A stretch of 64,000 nucleotides of DNA, from assembly GCA_002256025.1 (NCBI GenBank), contig NKIB01013009.1:1-64000 (forward strand). The letters are read 5' to 3'. Source of the stretch: Asterionella formosa. Taxonomy: Eukaryota. The notes beneath the pieces were generated by a model, which did not search any database, had not been told where the DNA came from, and worked only from the letters and a program-made list of their open reading frames with translations. The translations under genes were made by a program, and so were the position numbers. Position 1 is the first letter of the stretch; every line of letters starts with the position of its first letter. Positions 1 through 11,600 of this stretch are shown piece after piece.

Positions 1-1
1 C

Positions 2-2400
2 CGACGATTAATTCCCGGAGAAATATCTCATCAAGAAACGTCTTTTCAGGATAGCAACCACGATGACAATATTGAATCTTTTGCTAGTGACGACAATATA
101 ATTGAGTCAGAAACTGAATCGATGAAACAGTGGAGACGGAAGAAGCGTGAAGAAGACGCACTAGCTGACCAAAACTCTATCCATTCATTCATTTTTGGTG
201 AGTCCGACGACACACCTGCAACACTACTGTCTGAACCTCCACCAGAAATCGTCATGAACGCTGAACAACAAGCAGAGATTATGAAGGTGAAGATAATTTT
301 GAAATACAGGCGAGTAATTCCAGGAAAAGTATCTCATCAAGAATCGCATACTCAAGAAAGCAACCACGATGATTATATTGAATCCATCGCTAGTGACGAC
401 CACATAAGTGAGTCAGAAACTGAATCGATGAAAGAGTGGAGACGGAAGAAGCGTGAACAAGAGGCACTAGCTGACCAGAACTCGATCCATTCATTCATTT
501 TTGGTGAATCCGACGACACATCTGAAACACTACCGGCTCCATCTCCATCAAAAAATTTAATTGACGCTGAGAAACAAGCAGCGGTTCAGAAGCAAAAGAT
601 GATGCGGAAATACAGACAAGTAATTCCAGGAGGAGTATCTCTTCAAGAATCGCATACCCAAGAAAGCAACCACAATGATGATATTGCATCTATTGCTAGT
701 GACGACCACATAAGTGATTCAGAAACGGAATCGATGAAACAGTGGAGAAGGGAAAAGCGTGAACAAGAAGCACTAGCTGACCAAAACTCTATCCATTCAC
801 TCATTTTTGGTGGATCCGACGACACATCTGTAACCCTACCGGCTCCAGCTCCATCAGAAATCGTAATGGACGCTGAACAACAAGCAGCGATTCACAAGCT
901 AAAGATGATGCGGAATTCCAGACGAGTAATTCTGGGGGAAGTATCTCATCAAGAATCGCATACCCAAGAAAGCAACCACGATGGTGATATTGAATCCATC
1001 GCTATTGACGACCACATAAGTGAGTCAGAAACGGAATCGATGATTGAATGGAGACGGAAGAAGCGTGAGGAAGAGGCACTAGCTGACCAAAACTCTATCC
1101 ATTCATTCATATTTGGTGAATCCGACGACACATCTGCAACACTACTGGCTGCACCTCCATTAGAAATTGTAATGGACGCTGAACAACAAGCAGCGACTCA
1201 GAAGCTGAAGATAGTGCGGAAATCCCAAGGAGTAATTTCGGGAGAAGTATCTCATCAAGAATCGCATACCCAAGAAAGCAACCATTATTATGATATTAAA
1301 TCTATCGCTAGTGACGACTACATAATTGAGTCAGAAACTGAAGCGATGATTGAATGGAGACGGAAGAAGCGTGAGGAATTGGCACTAGCTGACCAAAACT
1401 CTATTCATTCATTCATTTTTGGTGAGTCCGACGAAACATCTGCAACACTACTGGCTGAACCTCAATCAGAAATCGTAATGGACGCTGAACAACAAGCAGC
1501 GATTCAGAAGCTGAAAATGATGCGGAAATCCAGACGAGTAATTCTGGGAGAAGTATCTCATCAAGAATCGCATACTCAAGAAAGCAACCACGATTATGAT
1601 ATTGAATTTATCGCTAGTGACGACCACATAAGTGAGTCAGAAACGGAATCGATGATTGAATGGAGACGGAAGAAGCGTGAGGAAGAGGCACTAGCTGACC
1701 AAAACTCTATCCATTCATTCATATTTGGTGAATCCGACGACACATCTGCAACACTACTGGCTGCACCTCCATTAGAAATTGTAATGGACGCTGAACAACA
1801 AGCAGCGACTCAGAAGCTGAAGATAGTGCGGAAATCCCAAGGAGTAATTTCGGGAGAAGTATCTCATCAAGAATCGCATACTCAAGAAAGCAACCACGAT
1901 GATGATATTGAATCTGTCACTAATGACGACTATTTTATTGAGTCAGAAACTGAAGCGATGATTGAATGGAGACGGAAGAAGCGTGAAGAAGACGCACTTG
2001 CTGACCAAAACTCTATCCATTCATTCATTTTTGGTGAATCCGACGAATCATCTGCAACACTACCCGGTGCACCCCCATCTGAGATCGTAATGGACGCTGA
2101 ACAACAAGCAGCGATTCAGAAGCTAAAGATCATGCGCAAATCAAGACGATTAATTCTAGGAGAAGTATCTCATCAAGAGTCCTCCACTCAGGGTAGCAAC
2201 CTTAATGATAATATTGAATCCATCGCTATTGACGACAATATAAGTGAGCCGGAACCTGAATCGATGAAACAATGGAGACCGCAAAATCGTGAACAAGAGA
2301 TACTGTCTGACCAGAAGTCAAGTGGTTCGTACTTACATGGGGAAGCTACCAAACGAACTGTAACACACGTGGCACTACCTTTGGAGAGTGTAATGGACGA
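2..2400 (+). repeat. Coding tandem repeat, 306-bp (102-aa) unit, about 8 copies
   Basis: M(K/I)(Q/E)WRRKKRE.EALADQNSIHSFIFGESDD recurs at 122, 428, 734, 1040, 1346, 1652, 1958, with a degenerate copy at 2264. Confidence 0.95.
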
Positions 2401-5400
2401 GGAGCAAGAAGGAGTTATTATGGTTTCAAAGCTGCTGCTCAAATCTACGCAAGTTTTACCTGATTTTGTATCTTCTGAAAACCCTACTTTCCAAGTATTT
2501 TGCATCGATGATGCTGATATTGATTCGTTCACTGTTAAGGGCTATAATCCTGATCCACCTCAAGATGACGTCTCTTTTTCGAATGGCGATGACGACTCTG
2601 TTTTTTTTACTCCCCATCCTTTGTATGATGATGATGTCGAGCTTCGTGAGATTGAACAGTTTTTTTCTTTGACTACGTCCGCCATGTCAGCACGGAAGAC
2701 GAAGAAATCGCTTTCTCAAAAGCGCTTAAAGAACTCGTTGTTCAAGCCAGCGAATGACATTGGTCGTGATGTTGCTCAAGCTCCGATTTTGTCTTTTGCG
2801 CCAGTCGATCATGTGCATGGAAACATGATCAATCCAGAATTCTCTGATCCATCAGTCCAGGAAATTGTCAGTTCCGAGGAAAAAGTGAAGCCCTTAAATT
2901 TCAAAGATGTTACGGGCACCACTCCTAACAATATGGAACTCTCAAGAAATATGCATGATGATTATAATCCAGTCAAGGTGCTGTTGCAAAGTTGGAATGA
3001 CAAGGACTTCGAACATGGCGCTTTGAATCATAACGCGCACATTGATTCTCATTATTTGTCTCGCAACGACGAGCCACAGGAAGTGCTGGAAAGTTCAACG
3101 AAAGTCGAAACAACCAAGGATCATCATCCTAAGGAACTAGTCGACTTCGGAAGTCCTTCGCAGGAAGGAGACTATGCTCTCCATCATTCAAAATCCCTTG
3201 AAGTTGGTAAACAAGATCATCGATTGAGCAAGCCCGACAGACATGAGCTACTAAGAAGTAAAGGTAAATCAACTACACATATCAATAAGGATCGTGAAAC
3301 TCCTTCCTCCACGAGGATTGAACACCGAAAACAGCACAATACAGAAAAAGGCAGGAAGCGCAATAGCGAACACCAACCTAAACACATTAATTTCGATGGC
3401 GAAGAGCAGTATCGCAGCAACGAGCAGGAGACGGACAAAGACAACGATGGCGAGCGAAAACGCGAAAAGAGAGAGAATCGAGATATTGATAGTGATAATA
3501 GGAAACTCAGATCAGTAGTTGGTGGTGTTCCTGAAATGTCTTTCAAGAGCGGTGACAGGTATGGAATCCATCGCGAAGAAACTGAACGGTCCCACGATAA
3601 ATCTCGAGAGCGACACTCTGATGAGTTTCGATCAATACCTGTCGAAGATGAGCCTCAAAGCGCTCGTACCGCTCCAGGCACTAGCCGAAGTGCACATGAT
3701 TTACATCAGTCGAAAGGGTCAATAGAAGAGGATCCTCGAAAGGGTCAAAGGCATCTAGCCAAGAGTCGTAATGGAAATGATTTGCACGAGCCAGTAGGAT
3801 CCAGAGAAGGCATATCGCGCGAAGCACGAAGACGTCCAGCCAAGCGTCGCAATGAACATGACTTGGACCAGTCGACAGGATCCATGGCAGGCATTTCGTG
3901 GGAAGCACGACGACGTCCAGCAAAGAGTGGTAATGAACATGATTTGCACCAGTCGGCAGAGTCCATAGAAAGAATCTCGTGGGAAACACGACGGAGTTCA
4001 TCGAAGAGTCGCAGTAAACATGATTTACACGAGTCGGCAGGGTACATAGAGGGCATTTCGCGTGAAGCACGACGACGTCCTGGAAAGAGTAGCGATTACC
4101 ATGATTTGCACAAGTTGACAGGATCCATAGAACGCATGCCACGAGTAACAGGACGACGTCCAGAGAAGAGTCAGAATGAAAGTATTTTGCACACTTCGAC
4201 AGAATTAATGAAGGGCGAACATCGAGAATCTCGTATCCGTCCATCCAAGAGTCGGGATGAGCATGTAGGACAAAAATCTCCGAGACATACAATGAGTCGG
4301 GATGCAACAGGATCTCCGGGAGAAAGGCCGTTCAGAAGTCGCAGTCGTCCACCCAAGGGTCATACTGAGCATGTTGTGCACAAGTCGACAGGTGTCATAG
4401 AAAATACTCCTCAAAAAACTCGCAGGCATACTGAAGAAGATTTGCTCAAATCGACTGGATCCATGGAATACGGTGCTCTGAAGGCTCTCAGCAGTCGTCC
4501 AAGGACTCATGATGGATACCCTGTCCTGGCACACAAAGGAGGGAGGAATCGAGCACCGGATGACGGGGATGAGAAACCTCGATCGCAATCATCACCAGGC
4601 GGACCAGGTGGTTTGCGCTTTCGATCACCACGTGATGACGAGCGACACGAGAGAGCTCGAGAGAGGCAGCGAAACGAAGGGCACGACAAAGAGAGCAAAC
4701 ACCAGACAATGAAGTCCAGTACTGATAAAGATAATGAAGAAGAAGAGGAAGTAAGAAATTCGCCTAAAATGTCCAGCAATGTTGATCGTGGTAAAGAGGA
4801 CCACTTGAACGAACCATGCTCGCTGAGGAAGTCAAGCACTGGTCCTGACAAGTGGGTAGAGCAACTGAACTCTCCACTAGGGAGCAGAGAGTTTGATAAG
4901 GAGAGCGATCAGCCTAGATCGCCAAGGAGGTACATTAGCGAGCGCTCAAGAGAAGAGGAACGAAAGTCACCAAAGAAATACACTAGTTATCCCGATAAGG
5001 ATGCCGAACACAAGGATCGAAAATCGTCAAGAAAAACCAGTACCATGGAACGCGGAGGGGATCGTGAAAATGAGCGAAAGTCTTGTCGCTTGGAACGCGG
5101 AGGGGATCGTGGAAAAGAACGAAGGTCGGCAAGAAAGTCCGGTACTGTGGAGCGTGAAGGGGATCGTGACAAGGAGCGAAAGTCGACAAGAAAGTCTGGT
5201 AGTGTGGAACGCGGAGGGGATCGTGACAAGGAACGCAGGTCGACAAGAAAATCCGGTTGTGTAGAGCGCGAAGGGGATCGCGAAAAGGATCGGAAGTCGT
5301 CAAGAAAGTCCGGAAGTGTGGAACGAGAAGGGGATCGAGAAAAGGAACGAAAGTCGTCAAGAAAGTCCGCTAGTGTGGAACGCGAAGGGGATCGCGAAAA

Positions 5401-5974
5401 GGAGCGAAAGTCGTCAAGAAAATCTGGAAATGTGGAACGTGAAGGCGATCGTGAAAAGGAACGAAGGTCGTCAAGAAAGTCAGGTAATGTGGAACGTGAA
5501 GGCGATCGTGAAAAGGAACGAAGGTCTTCAAGAAGGTCTGGAAATGTGGAACGTGAAGGCGATTGTGAAAAGGAACGAAGGTCGTCGCGAAAGTCTGGAA
5601 GTGTGGAACGCAAAGGGGATCGCTACAAAGAGCGAAAGTCGTCGCGAAAGTCTGGTAGTCTGGAACGCGAAGGGGGTCGCGAAAAGGAGCAAAAGTCCTC
5701 AAGAAAGACCGGGAGTGTGGAAGGTGTAGAGGGACACGAGAATGAGAGAAAGATCATGCGGCAATCCGTCATTCCTAGTAGAGATAACGACGAGCGTAGG
5801 TCAAGAGAGAAATTGAGCACGAATGAGGAACACCCCAAGTCCACGCGTGACCTCAAGCCATCTCGATCTGGAAATAAATCCGAACAGAAAAGTGAGTCCA
5901 TCCAAGGCGACAAGGAGAAACTGCAGTCATCAAAGCCTGACATGACTTATGAAGAATTCTTTCTAGAGGAATGA
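2..5974 (+). CDS. Very large low-complexity repeat protein, 5'-truncated by the window edge (>1990 aa): 102-aa repeats, then 27-aa repeats, then 19-aa R/K/S/E-rich repeats
   Basis: The frame is open from position 2 (RRLIPGEISHQE...) through the 122..5974 ORF with no stops. Repeats keep the frame (306, 81 and 57 bp periods). No recognisable folded domain. Confidence 0.85.
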   Translation, partial: RRLIPGEISHQETSFQDSNHDDNIESFASDDNIIESETESMKQWRRKKREEDALADQNSIHSFIFGESDDTPATLLSEPPPEIVMNAEQQAEIMKVKIILKYRRVIPGKVSHQESHTQESNHDDYIESIASDDHISESETESMKEWRRKKREQEALADQNSIHSFIFGESDDTSETLPAPSPSKNLIDAEKQAAVQKQKMMRKYRQVIPGGVSLQESHTQESNHNDDIASIASDDHISDSETESMKQWRREKREQEALADQNSIHSLIFGGSDDTSVTLPAPAPSEIVMDAEQQAAIHKLKMMRNSRRVILGEVSHQESHTQESNHDGDIESIAIDDHISESETESMIEWRRKKREEEALADQNSIHSFIFGESDDTSATLLAAPPLEIVMDAEQQAATQKLKIVRKSQGVISGEVSHQESHTQESNHYYDIKSIASDDYIIESETEAMIEWRRKKREELALADQNSIHSFIFGESDETSATLLAEPQSEIVMDAEQQAAIQKLKMMRKSRRVILGEVSHQESHTQESNHDYDIEFIASDDHISESETESMIEWRRKKREEEALADQNSIHSFIFGESDDTSATLLAAPPLEIVMDAEQQAATQKLKIVRKSQGVISGEVSHQESHTQESNHDDDIESVTNDDYFIESETEAMIEWRRKKREEDALADQNSIHSFIFGESDESSATLPGAPPSEIVMDAEQQAAIQKLKIMRKSRRLILGEVSHQESSTQGSNLNDNIESIAIDDNISEPEPESMKQWRPQNREQEILSDQKSSGSYLHGEATKRTVTHVALPLESVMDEEQEGVIMVSKLLLKSTQVLPDFVSSENPTFQVFCIDDADIDSFTVKGYNPDPPQDDVSFSNGDDDSVFFTPHPLYDDDVELREIEQFFSLTTSAMSARKTKKSLSQKRLKNSLFKPANDIGRDVAQAPILSFAPVDHVHGNMINPEFSDPSVQEIVSSEEKVKPLNFKDVTGTTPNNMELSRNMHDDYNPVKVLLQSWNDKDFEHGALNHNAHIDSHYLSRNDEPQEVLESSTKVETTKDHHPKELVDFGSPSQEGDYALHHSKSLEVGKQDHRLSKPDRHELLRSKGKSTTHINKDRETPSSTRIEHRKQHNTEKGRKRNSEHQPKHINFDGEEQYRSNEQETDKDNDGERKREKRENRDIDSDNRKLRSVVGGVPEMSFKSGDRYGIHREETERSHDKSRERHSDEFRSIPVEDEPQSARTAPGTSRSAHDLHQSKGSIEEDPRKGQRHLAKSRNGNDLHEPVGSREGISREARRRPAKRRNEHDLDQSTGSMAGISWEARRRPAKSGNEHDLHQSAESIERISWETRRSSSKSRSKHDLHESAGYIEGISREARRRPGKSSDYHDLHKLTGSIERMPRVTGRRPEKSQNESILHTSTELMKGEHRESRIRPSKSRDEHVGQKSPRHTMSRDATGSPGERPFRSRSRPPKGHTEHVVHKSTGVIENTPQKTRRHTEEDLLKSTGSMEYGALKALSSRPRTHDGYPVLAHKGGRNRAPDDGDEKPRSQSSPGGPGGLRFRSPRDDERHERARERQRNEGHDKESKHQTMKSSTDKDNEEEEEVRNSPKMSSNVDRGKEDHLNEPCSLRKSSTGPDKWVEQLNSPLGSREFDKESDQPRSPRRYISERSREEERKSPKKYTSYPDKDAEHKDRKSSRKTSTMERGGDRENERKSCRLERGGDRGKERRSARKSGTVEREGDRDKERKSTRKSGSVERGGDRDKERRSTRKSGCVEREGDREKDRKSSRKSGSVEREGDREKERKSSRKSASVEREGDREKERKSSRKSGNVEREGDREKERRSSRKSGNVEREGDREKERRSSRRSGNVEREGDCEKERRSSRKSGSVERKGDRYKERKSSRKSGSLEREGGREKEQKSSRKTGSVEGVEGHENERKIMRQSVIPSRDNDERRSREKLSTNEEHPKSTRDLKPSRSGNKSEQKSESIQGDKEKLQSSKPDMTYEEFFLEE
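3680..4270 (+). repeat. Coding tandem repeat, 81-bp (27-aa) unit, about 6-7 copies
   Basis: S.NEHDLHQS.GS.EGISREARRRPAK-type units; aatgaacat at 3851 and 3932. Confidence 0.85.
5010..5730 (+). repeat. Coding tandem repeat, 57-bp (19-aa) unit, about 12 copies
   Basis: RKSGSVEREGDREKERKSS units; ggatcgtgac at 5161 and 5218. Confidence 0.95.
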
Positions 5975-6081
5975 GCAATTAACTTGAGCATGCATTGAAA
6001 CAGTTTGGGAAAACTAGATGCTGGGGGGGGAGAGAAAATTAATGATTAAAAACTTTCTATTTGCCAAATATCTGGTCTATT

Positions 6082-6888
6082 TTAGTCGACCTCGTTGTAG
6101 TCGTCATTAGTGTCCGGTAATGATCTTGTATCCAAAGCTGACATTGTACCTCCAAACAATGATATCCCTACATATCCCCTTTGGCGACTTGTCATAGACA
6201 TAGGAGTCGGCTCTTGCTCCAGCAGCGTCTCGAGCACGGTCAATTCAGATAATTTCCATTCCAACTCCTCCGCGGAAATAGTGGAACTTATGGTGAGCAA
6301 CTGATGCTGCATCTTCCCATCTCTGTACACGAATAAGGTCGGAAGATTGTCTTCCGGCCAATTCAGGATAGCCGCTTGGTGATGAATAGAAGTGAACTTA
6401 ACGAACGGATATCTGACCGCCAAAGCGGCAATTGCACCTTCAACACATCCCGTTCTTTCTTTATCGGCTGTCAAGCACACAACCACCCATGATTTCGTAC
6501 TAGCTTCATTGACGTGATGGGTCCATTCGGGTCTAGAAATTGGAATAACGTCGCCGAATCTAGGTTGTTGGCTCTCGTTCATAAGCTGCTCCAACCGATC
6601 TCGTCTGTAGGTTCTCATAAAGTCGTCATCATCGAAGTCGTCATCCTCTTGCTGTGAGAGTTTCTTGTCTGGATTGCCCTCACCACGTTGATGTTGCCGT
6701 TGTTTCGTCACGTTCGCCAACCGCTCTGCCTCGTTCTGAGTTGCTCCCTTGGCCATTATGGCCGCTTCCAAGGTAACAATTTTGCGTTGAATGAGTTGAT
6801 CATCAAATTCAGTTGTTTCGGCAGTAAACGCATAGCTGGGTTTCTCTGTGTTGTAGTTGGTCACACCGCGGCCTTGCAAGGTTGACAT
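6082..6888 (-). CDS. Phosducin-like protein (PhLP2/PDCL3-Plp2 type, thioredoxin fold, CCT co-factor)
   Basis: N-terminal TTEFDDQLIQRKIV helix, acidic DDDDF..YRRDRL, FGDVIPISRPEW...VNEAS..WVVV, YPFVKF and NWPEDNLPTLFVYRDG. Start taken at MSTLQG (ATG 6888) rather than the longer ORF start. Confidence 0.88.
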   Translation of the reverse strand: MSTLQGRGVTNYNTEKPSYAFTAETTEFDDQLIQRKIVTLEAAIMAKGATQNEAERLANVTKQRQHQRGEGNPDKKLSQQEDDDFDDDDFMRTYRRDRLEQLMNESQQPRFGDVIPISRPEWTHHVNEASTKSWVVVCLTADKERTGCVEGAIAALAVRYPFVKFTSIHHQAAILNWPEDNLPTLFVYRDGKMQHQLLTISSTISAEELEWKLSELTVLETLLEQEPTPMSMTSRQRGYVGISLFGGTMSALDTRSLPDTNDDYNEVD

Positions 6889-7729
6889 GAGGATGGTGCT
6901 GATGGGAGTCGATGAAATCTTTTGTGTTCTGGGCAGACTATAGGTATATTTCTTTGATAACATATATACTACACATGGATGAGACATAAGAATAATAGTA
7001 CGTATTAGAAATATACCAGTTGGTCGTTCCTGTCGGTGGACGAACGCGCGGATTCTTTAATGGACAATCATCACTTTCATACTACCGGTAGTTCCTTTGT
7101 ACTCATATCTTATCATGAGATACCACAATAAAAGGTTGAAGTGGGGTTGGTATTTTTCGCTCACATGATGAAACTACTATTTCAAAAGAGGATTGATTTA
7201 ATAAATCCAGTGATATTTAGAAGTCTCATAGCTTAACACAAGATAGATAGACTGGTGTAATGCCATGAAAGGTTGGAGATGAAATCCATCAATGCTTCCC
7301 AAGTTTTGATTCCTTTCCAAAGGACATGACATGATATGACAAATGACTTTCGTGTCTTTACAAATTCAAACCCAGTGAATCATCCTGGATTCTCCTTCCC
7401 AGATCCCTTTGCCTTCGGCTGATGCATCGTTGGCAAATGGGACAGTTGAGGGAGGACAATCAAATAGAAGCCTGTCGAGAACCGATAGAACAACATCAAC
7501 TGAGCTGAGATAACAGTAAAGTACTCTCAAGGTACTTCTCCCCTGGAGAGATTCCCCTTGATCTAAGCTCATATCCCCTGTAAGAACATTCCAACTGGGT
7601 GAACCAATGCACCCCGCCCCTTTTGAAGATTTTCTGATCAACCCTAATGTCACATGAGATTGACTTCTAAATCTCACCATGATGATGCACTTTCACACTT
7701 AAAGTTCGACATATCATAGATGAACTCAC

Positions 7730-8655
7730 ATAGCATGGGTGTAGCGCGGAAATCAAGCAATAAATTAAATCTGCATAATGATGTTTCATTGACATTCCTG
7801 GTTTTGATCTACCTACCATCTCTTTCTTGACCCACCAATTAACGATGTCAATGTCGCTGCCACTAACTCCTTTTGCTAATACTTGGGACTCGGAACCACG
7901 TCAGAAAGAACGCAACACATCATACTTTGATTCAATATCTTCATCTTTGGTGATTTCCTTAAGAACAATGAAGGTTCTAGGGAGAGGACTTGTCTTAATC
8001 CCTCATGTAGACGTTCATTAAGATTTGATGAAGTGAGAACCTTAACCTGGGCATCACGAATAGCAGGGCCCATGGTCAGCCCCTGTGATTTGCGAATCTT
8101 TATAAGTCTATAAATCCAATCCCGTACTTTAATTCCCGAAGCAGTGATGTTTACTGATGGGAGCAGGTGCTTGCCTGCCTGATGTTCCCCCTTGACAGTG
8201 CCAAGAAACGTGATGGTGACATATCTATCTGGTTCATGAGAGAAGTATTTTCGTAAATCTTTGAGATCAAGGAGAAAACTCTCAGGCCCACGTAAGGAAA
8301 TGACATAGCACACGACAAAATACGCTCCAGCTGTTATCCAAATTGCTTGTTCATCTTTCGATTCCGCCTCTTTGATGTGAGTTTCTCTGGTGGCCAGTAA
8401 CCCCAACATAAGAAGATTACTCGTGTCTCTATTAGGTCTTCTCTTTTCACATCCCAGAAGTTTCTCTTTTTAAGTCCCAGAACCATATCGACGAGCGTGG
8501 GTCATTTATGATTCTCATGTACTTGCCCTCATCATCACCAAATGTCAAGGCTTTTCGGTTGGCACCTGCTGAGGCTCTCATCGTCTGATTAGAATACGCG
8601 GACCATAACTTTTCGAATCATATCCCATTGTGTGTACAAAACCAACTGAGCAGAA
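7730..8655 (-). pseudogene. Tyrosine-recombinase ORF remnant, 3' part (diatom YR element, DIRS/Ngaro/Crypton-like)
   Basis: Translated across frameshifts: YTQWDMIRKLWSAYSNQ...DPRSSIWF...CYVISLRGPE (box I Arg)...GTVKGE...YDVLRSF*RG...DIDIVNWW...MKHHYADL (catalytic Tyr). The stop at 7901-7903 is a TGA where CGA is expected. Confidence 0.8.
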
Positions 8656-11600
8656 CGTATGCAAATAAAAACTATCATATTCCTATAATGCATCATAGGA
8701 TTATGATCATCTGATCATAATTTTTCGTTATATCATCTAATAATTTTGATAGATGCCCTCGTAATTTAAATAGTAACCCTTTTGACTATGGAAATTTAAT
8801 TATTATATTTATTGTTTCTTTTAGGTTCCTTTATTTAAATTTCTTGGTAGGATAATGTACCAGCTAAAGTAATGTGGTTTGGCTCATCATCCTCGCCAGT
8901 CCTCACTCTGATTCTTGCAACAACAACACAGCAGTCATGTCGAGAGGAACGAGTATTTGTGATAAAATCTTCATTTGTCGTTCAAGTCATCATATGTCTT
9001 TGATGAATCATCATCTGCATTGTACAGTATGTTCGTACTATGCAATCCGTTAAGAGCTTGAAAAGAAATCCAATGAAAACGAAATGGCTCATCACATAGC
9101 TAAGACGAATATTTCCGGCTGGTCTGTCACCAGAGCATCAATCAGTGTTACAAACTCAATCATAGCTAAATAGTATCCATTATAGAACAGCACAATCTAC
9201 TTCTCGTCTGTAGTAACATCGTCTCTCTAACAAGAACGTAATACATCTAGAATTGAAACACAGCATAGCAGGCGATATTCACAAAGAAGCATGAGACTAT
9301 CTATTTATAGTAACAGAGTGATTCTGGTTTCGTAATTTTCATGTCTCATCAGATTTTCTTTGTCATCGTTCTATTTCCTTACCTTAGAAGACAGGAGCGT
9401 ATCCTTTGATGTATCTGGAATGGTTCAACGGATGGCAGCAGTTGGATTTAGACACAAACCTTGACAAAAGCACTTGTACCTTATAGATGTTCATGAAAAG
9501 CGAGACACTTTGGCCTATCGAACACCAGCCAGTCTATTCTGCAAAAATGCAAAAAGCACAAGTTGAATGCCCATTTATGGATTCAAGTTTCAGTAGTGCA
9601 ACAATGTAAAATATTAGAAACCGGAAGTTACATTGCATCTAGTTACGGTTTTCATTAGCTATACCAGCTAGTATTGATTGAGAGGAAGCAATGGTAGAAT
9701 GGCTGCCAAACGGGCGAGGGCAAACACAGAGAATCCTACTAAGTTTTCTCCAGAACCTTCTTGAATGTCACTTGCTACAGAAAATGGAGAACAGCCGCCA
9801 TGATCTGTTGATTGTTGCTTGCTGTATGGTGCCACTGACCAAAACCTCCAGAAATCTCAATAAGTTGCTTGTTTCTTGACTTGAATGCAAAAGGGATCGA
9901 AAACAGTGAAAAATTCAAAAGGGAACTAAAAATGCTCTGCAAACATCAGGACAATTGTGAAAGAGAAATGAAGGTTCTTGGGGGGAGAAGTAAAGGGATA
10001 ATTACTTCTGGTCTTGCGGGAACAAGAATAGATTGACCCAAACAATGTTGACAAATAGGTACCTACCGGAAAAGGAAGCACTGCTTTCAGCTCAGCCAGC
10101 ATCATCAATCTATACACAAGCCTGCGCCACCTGACATGAATATAGCTACCTTGACTTCATCAATGAAGAAGTCAATGAGTGGAGCATGTGAGGAAAATCG
10201 GGTTTGAGGTTGTCTTGACGCCAACGTGGGCCTGCTTGGTTGAACTCCTTGTAGATGAAGGCATTGAGTAACCTGGGCCTGTGAAGCCAAAGGATAAAGA
10301 AAAATCTATGACAAGGGTGGGTGGTGAGATAGTGTTTAGGAGGGGGGAGAAAAAGGTATCATAGCTGAACGCATTCGAAACTCGTACAGACAATAAATGG
10401 TGGCATATCATGGCTGCTCTTGGCTGACAGTTGCCAAGTCAAGTACAAACACAACAAGGGTGCACAAAAGACAGTCCAATTTTAATCAACTAACTGATAC
10501 TTAGTTGTGAGACTCGCCATTCTGCAATGGGGTGGACTTTGATCATTGCTTCGTTCGAAGCACATTCAATTCGAATGCTGTCCAGTGAAACAATAAACAC
10601 AATTGTGACGAATAAGCGCAGAACAGATCAAGAGATTTCATAGGAATTAGAATAACAGGGCATATATGATGCACTGCTCCTTGTGTAGACTAACTATATT
10701 TGATCATTTCCATATTTCATACTATGCAGGTGCAGCATGGATGACTCCTCCAGCCCTTTCATTAGATACTATGCAGCCATGTTGCGATAATTCTACAGGA
10801 CCTATAGGATTGGTAGTCTGGTGGTCATCATTTCCGCATTGTATATACCAGTAGGAGTCATGTATGCATGCATGCTGCGATAATTCTTACAAGACATAAA
10901 AATTTGGTAGCTTGGGGGTTACCACTTCCGTACTGTATACAGGGAGAGAGGGAAGTGGTTGCATGCATGAGCAACTTCTCCGGTATAAACTATGATCTTT
11001 AATTAAGAAATTCTGATTCATTTATCCTATACCTTTGATCATAACATATTGATCATATGATAAACAGTGTTGTTGATGAGAAAAAGAACGATCAAATTTT
11101 ATTTTCAGGAATCAGGATTAATTGATCTTAAAAATATGATCAAATGATCCTAAACACATGAGCATATTCAGTTTTCCGCTGCACTATTGTGGCATTTCCA
11201 TGATGGAAATAATTCCCAGCAAGTATACAGTACTACCGGTAGGCCATATGAATTTTGGTCAATATGTCTATATACATAAATGTATGATTTCGACCATTTG
11301 AAAAATTGGTGATGACTCCTATTTATTAAGGGGCTTAATTATATCAGCCACTGACTTGTAGGTACAGGAATTGACACAAAACAAATTGAAAAAATTCAAC
11401 AGGTCGTGGAAAACTATGAACTCATCATGCATTGTATATATTTGAATTATGTATAATCAAAATTGATATTAGTATACACAGGATATGCCGTATAATAAGC
11501 GTGTTTAAAACTATGCAAATGTTCAACTATGTATACATTTAAACTTCTTACAAATCTTTATATATATATGTATTCATGGCTGAAACATTTGAAATCATGT

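Noticed and set aside
2..5730. Regular repeats as a CRISPR-like array
   Set aside because: Units are contiguous, multiples of 3 and inside one open frame, with no unique spacers and no cas-like genes.
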